64,000 nt of DNA from Squalus acanthias (Eukaryota), in the NCBI GenBank assembly GCA_030390025.1, contig CM059432.1, positions 111,726,001-111,790,000 on the forward strand, written 5' to 3'. Below the pieces are notes generated by a model. It did no database searches. It was not told the DNA's origin and saw only the letters and a list, made by a program, of their open reading frames with translations. The translations under genes were made by a program, and so were the position numbers. Shown here in pieces: positions 63,501 through 64,000 of the stretch. How positions within the stretch are numbered: position 1 is the stretch's first letter; each line of letters begins with the position of its first letter.

Positions 63501-64000
63501 GGCACAGATATAACGAGTGGGAGAGCGGGCACAGATATAACGAGCGGGAGAGCGGGCACAGATAAAATGAGAGGGAGAGCGGGCACAGATATAATGAGCG
63601 GGAGAGCGGGTATGATATAACGAACAGGAGAGTGGGCACAGATATAACGAGCAGGATAGTGTGCACAGATATAACGAGCAGGAGAGCGGGCACAGATATA
63701 ACGAACAGGAAAGCGGGCACAGATATAACGAGCGGGAGAGCGGGTATGATATAACGAACAGGAGAGTGGGCACAGATATAACGAGCAGGATAGCGGGCAC
63801 AGATATAACGAGAGGGAGAGCGGGCACAGATATAACGAGTGGGAGAGCGGGGACAGATGTAACGAGCGGGAACAGATATAACGAGCGGGAGAGTGGGCAC
63901 AGATATAATGAGCGGGAGAGTGGGCACAGATATAACGAGCGGGACAGTGGGCACAGATATAACGAGCGTGAGAGCGGGCACAGATATAACGAGTGGGAGT
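36560..64000. repeat. Satellite array of 27/28-bp monomers (GGCACAGATATAACGAGCGGGAGAGCG / ...GAGAGCCC), >27 kb, continuing beyond the window
   Basis: Roughly a thousand head-to-tail monomers directly visible; multi-kb higher-order duplications. Confidence 0.99.

Noticed and set aside
36426..63981. Long minus-strand ORFs up to 1079 aa (ARSPARYIC / LPLVISVPA / LSRSLYLCP repeats)
   Set aside because: The consensus monomer lacks stops on the minus strand and 27/28-bp alternation shuffles all three frames; no coding constraint is visible
36560..64000. CRISPR-like array
   Set aside because: Monomers are contiguous with no unique spacers, there are no cas genes, and the context is vertebrate

Overview
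Vertebrate genomic DNA, very probably from a cartilaginous fish (shark-type V-SINE, DeuSINE, CR1 and Harbinger families), with no intact host gene recognisable. 1-22.3 kb is a nest of decayed transposons: at least four PIF/Harbinger DNA transposons (each with a spliced Myb/SANT-like gene converging on a HARBI1-like DDE transposase), two inverted copies of an ~890-bp Harbinger MITE, and CR1, L2, Penelope-like, RTE-like and SINE fragments. 23.8-32.6 kb is a defective endogenous retrovirus-like provirus: 1.7-kb 5' LTR, tRNA-Arg(UCG) PBS, gag with a CCHC knuckle, and pol with RT(YVDD), a degenerate tether RNase H, a second RNase H and integrase. It is followed by a spliced env-position ORF with signal peptide, Ig-like domain, Thr-rich linker and a segment resembling a paramyxo/pneumovirus F2 subunit (lokiretrovirus-like); the 3' end is lost. 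From ~36.56 kb to the window end is a 27/28-bp satellite with 3-4 kb higher-order repeats; all ORFs there are repeat artefacts. All family assignments come from motif recognition, not database searches.
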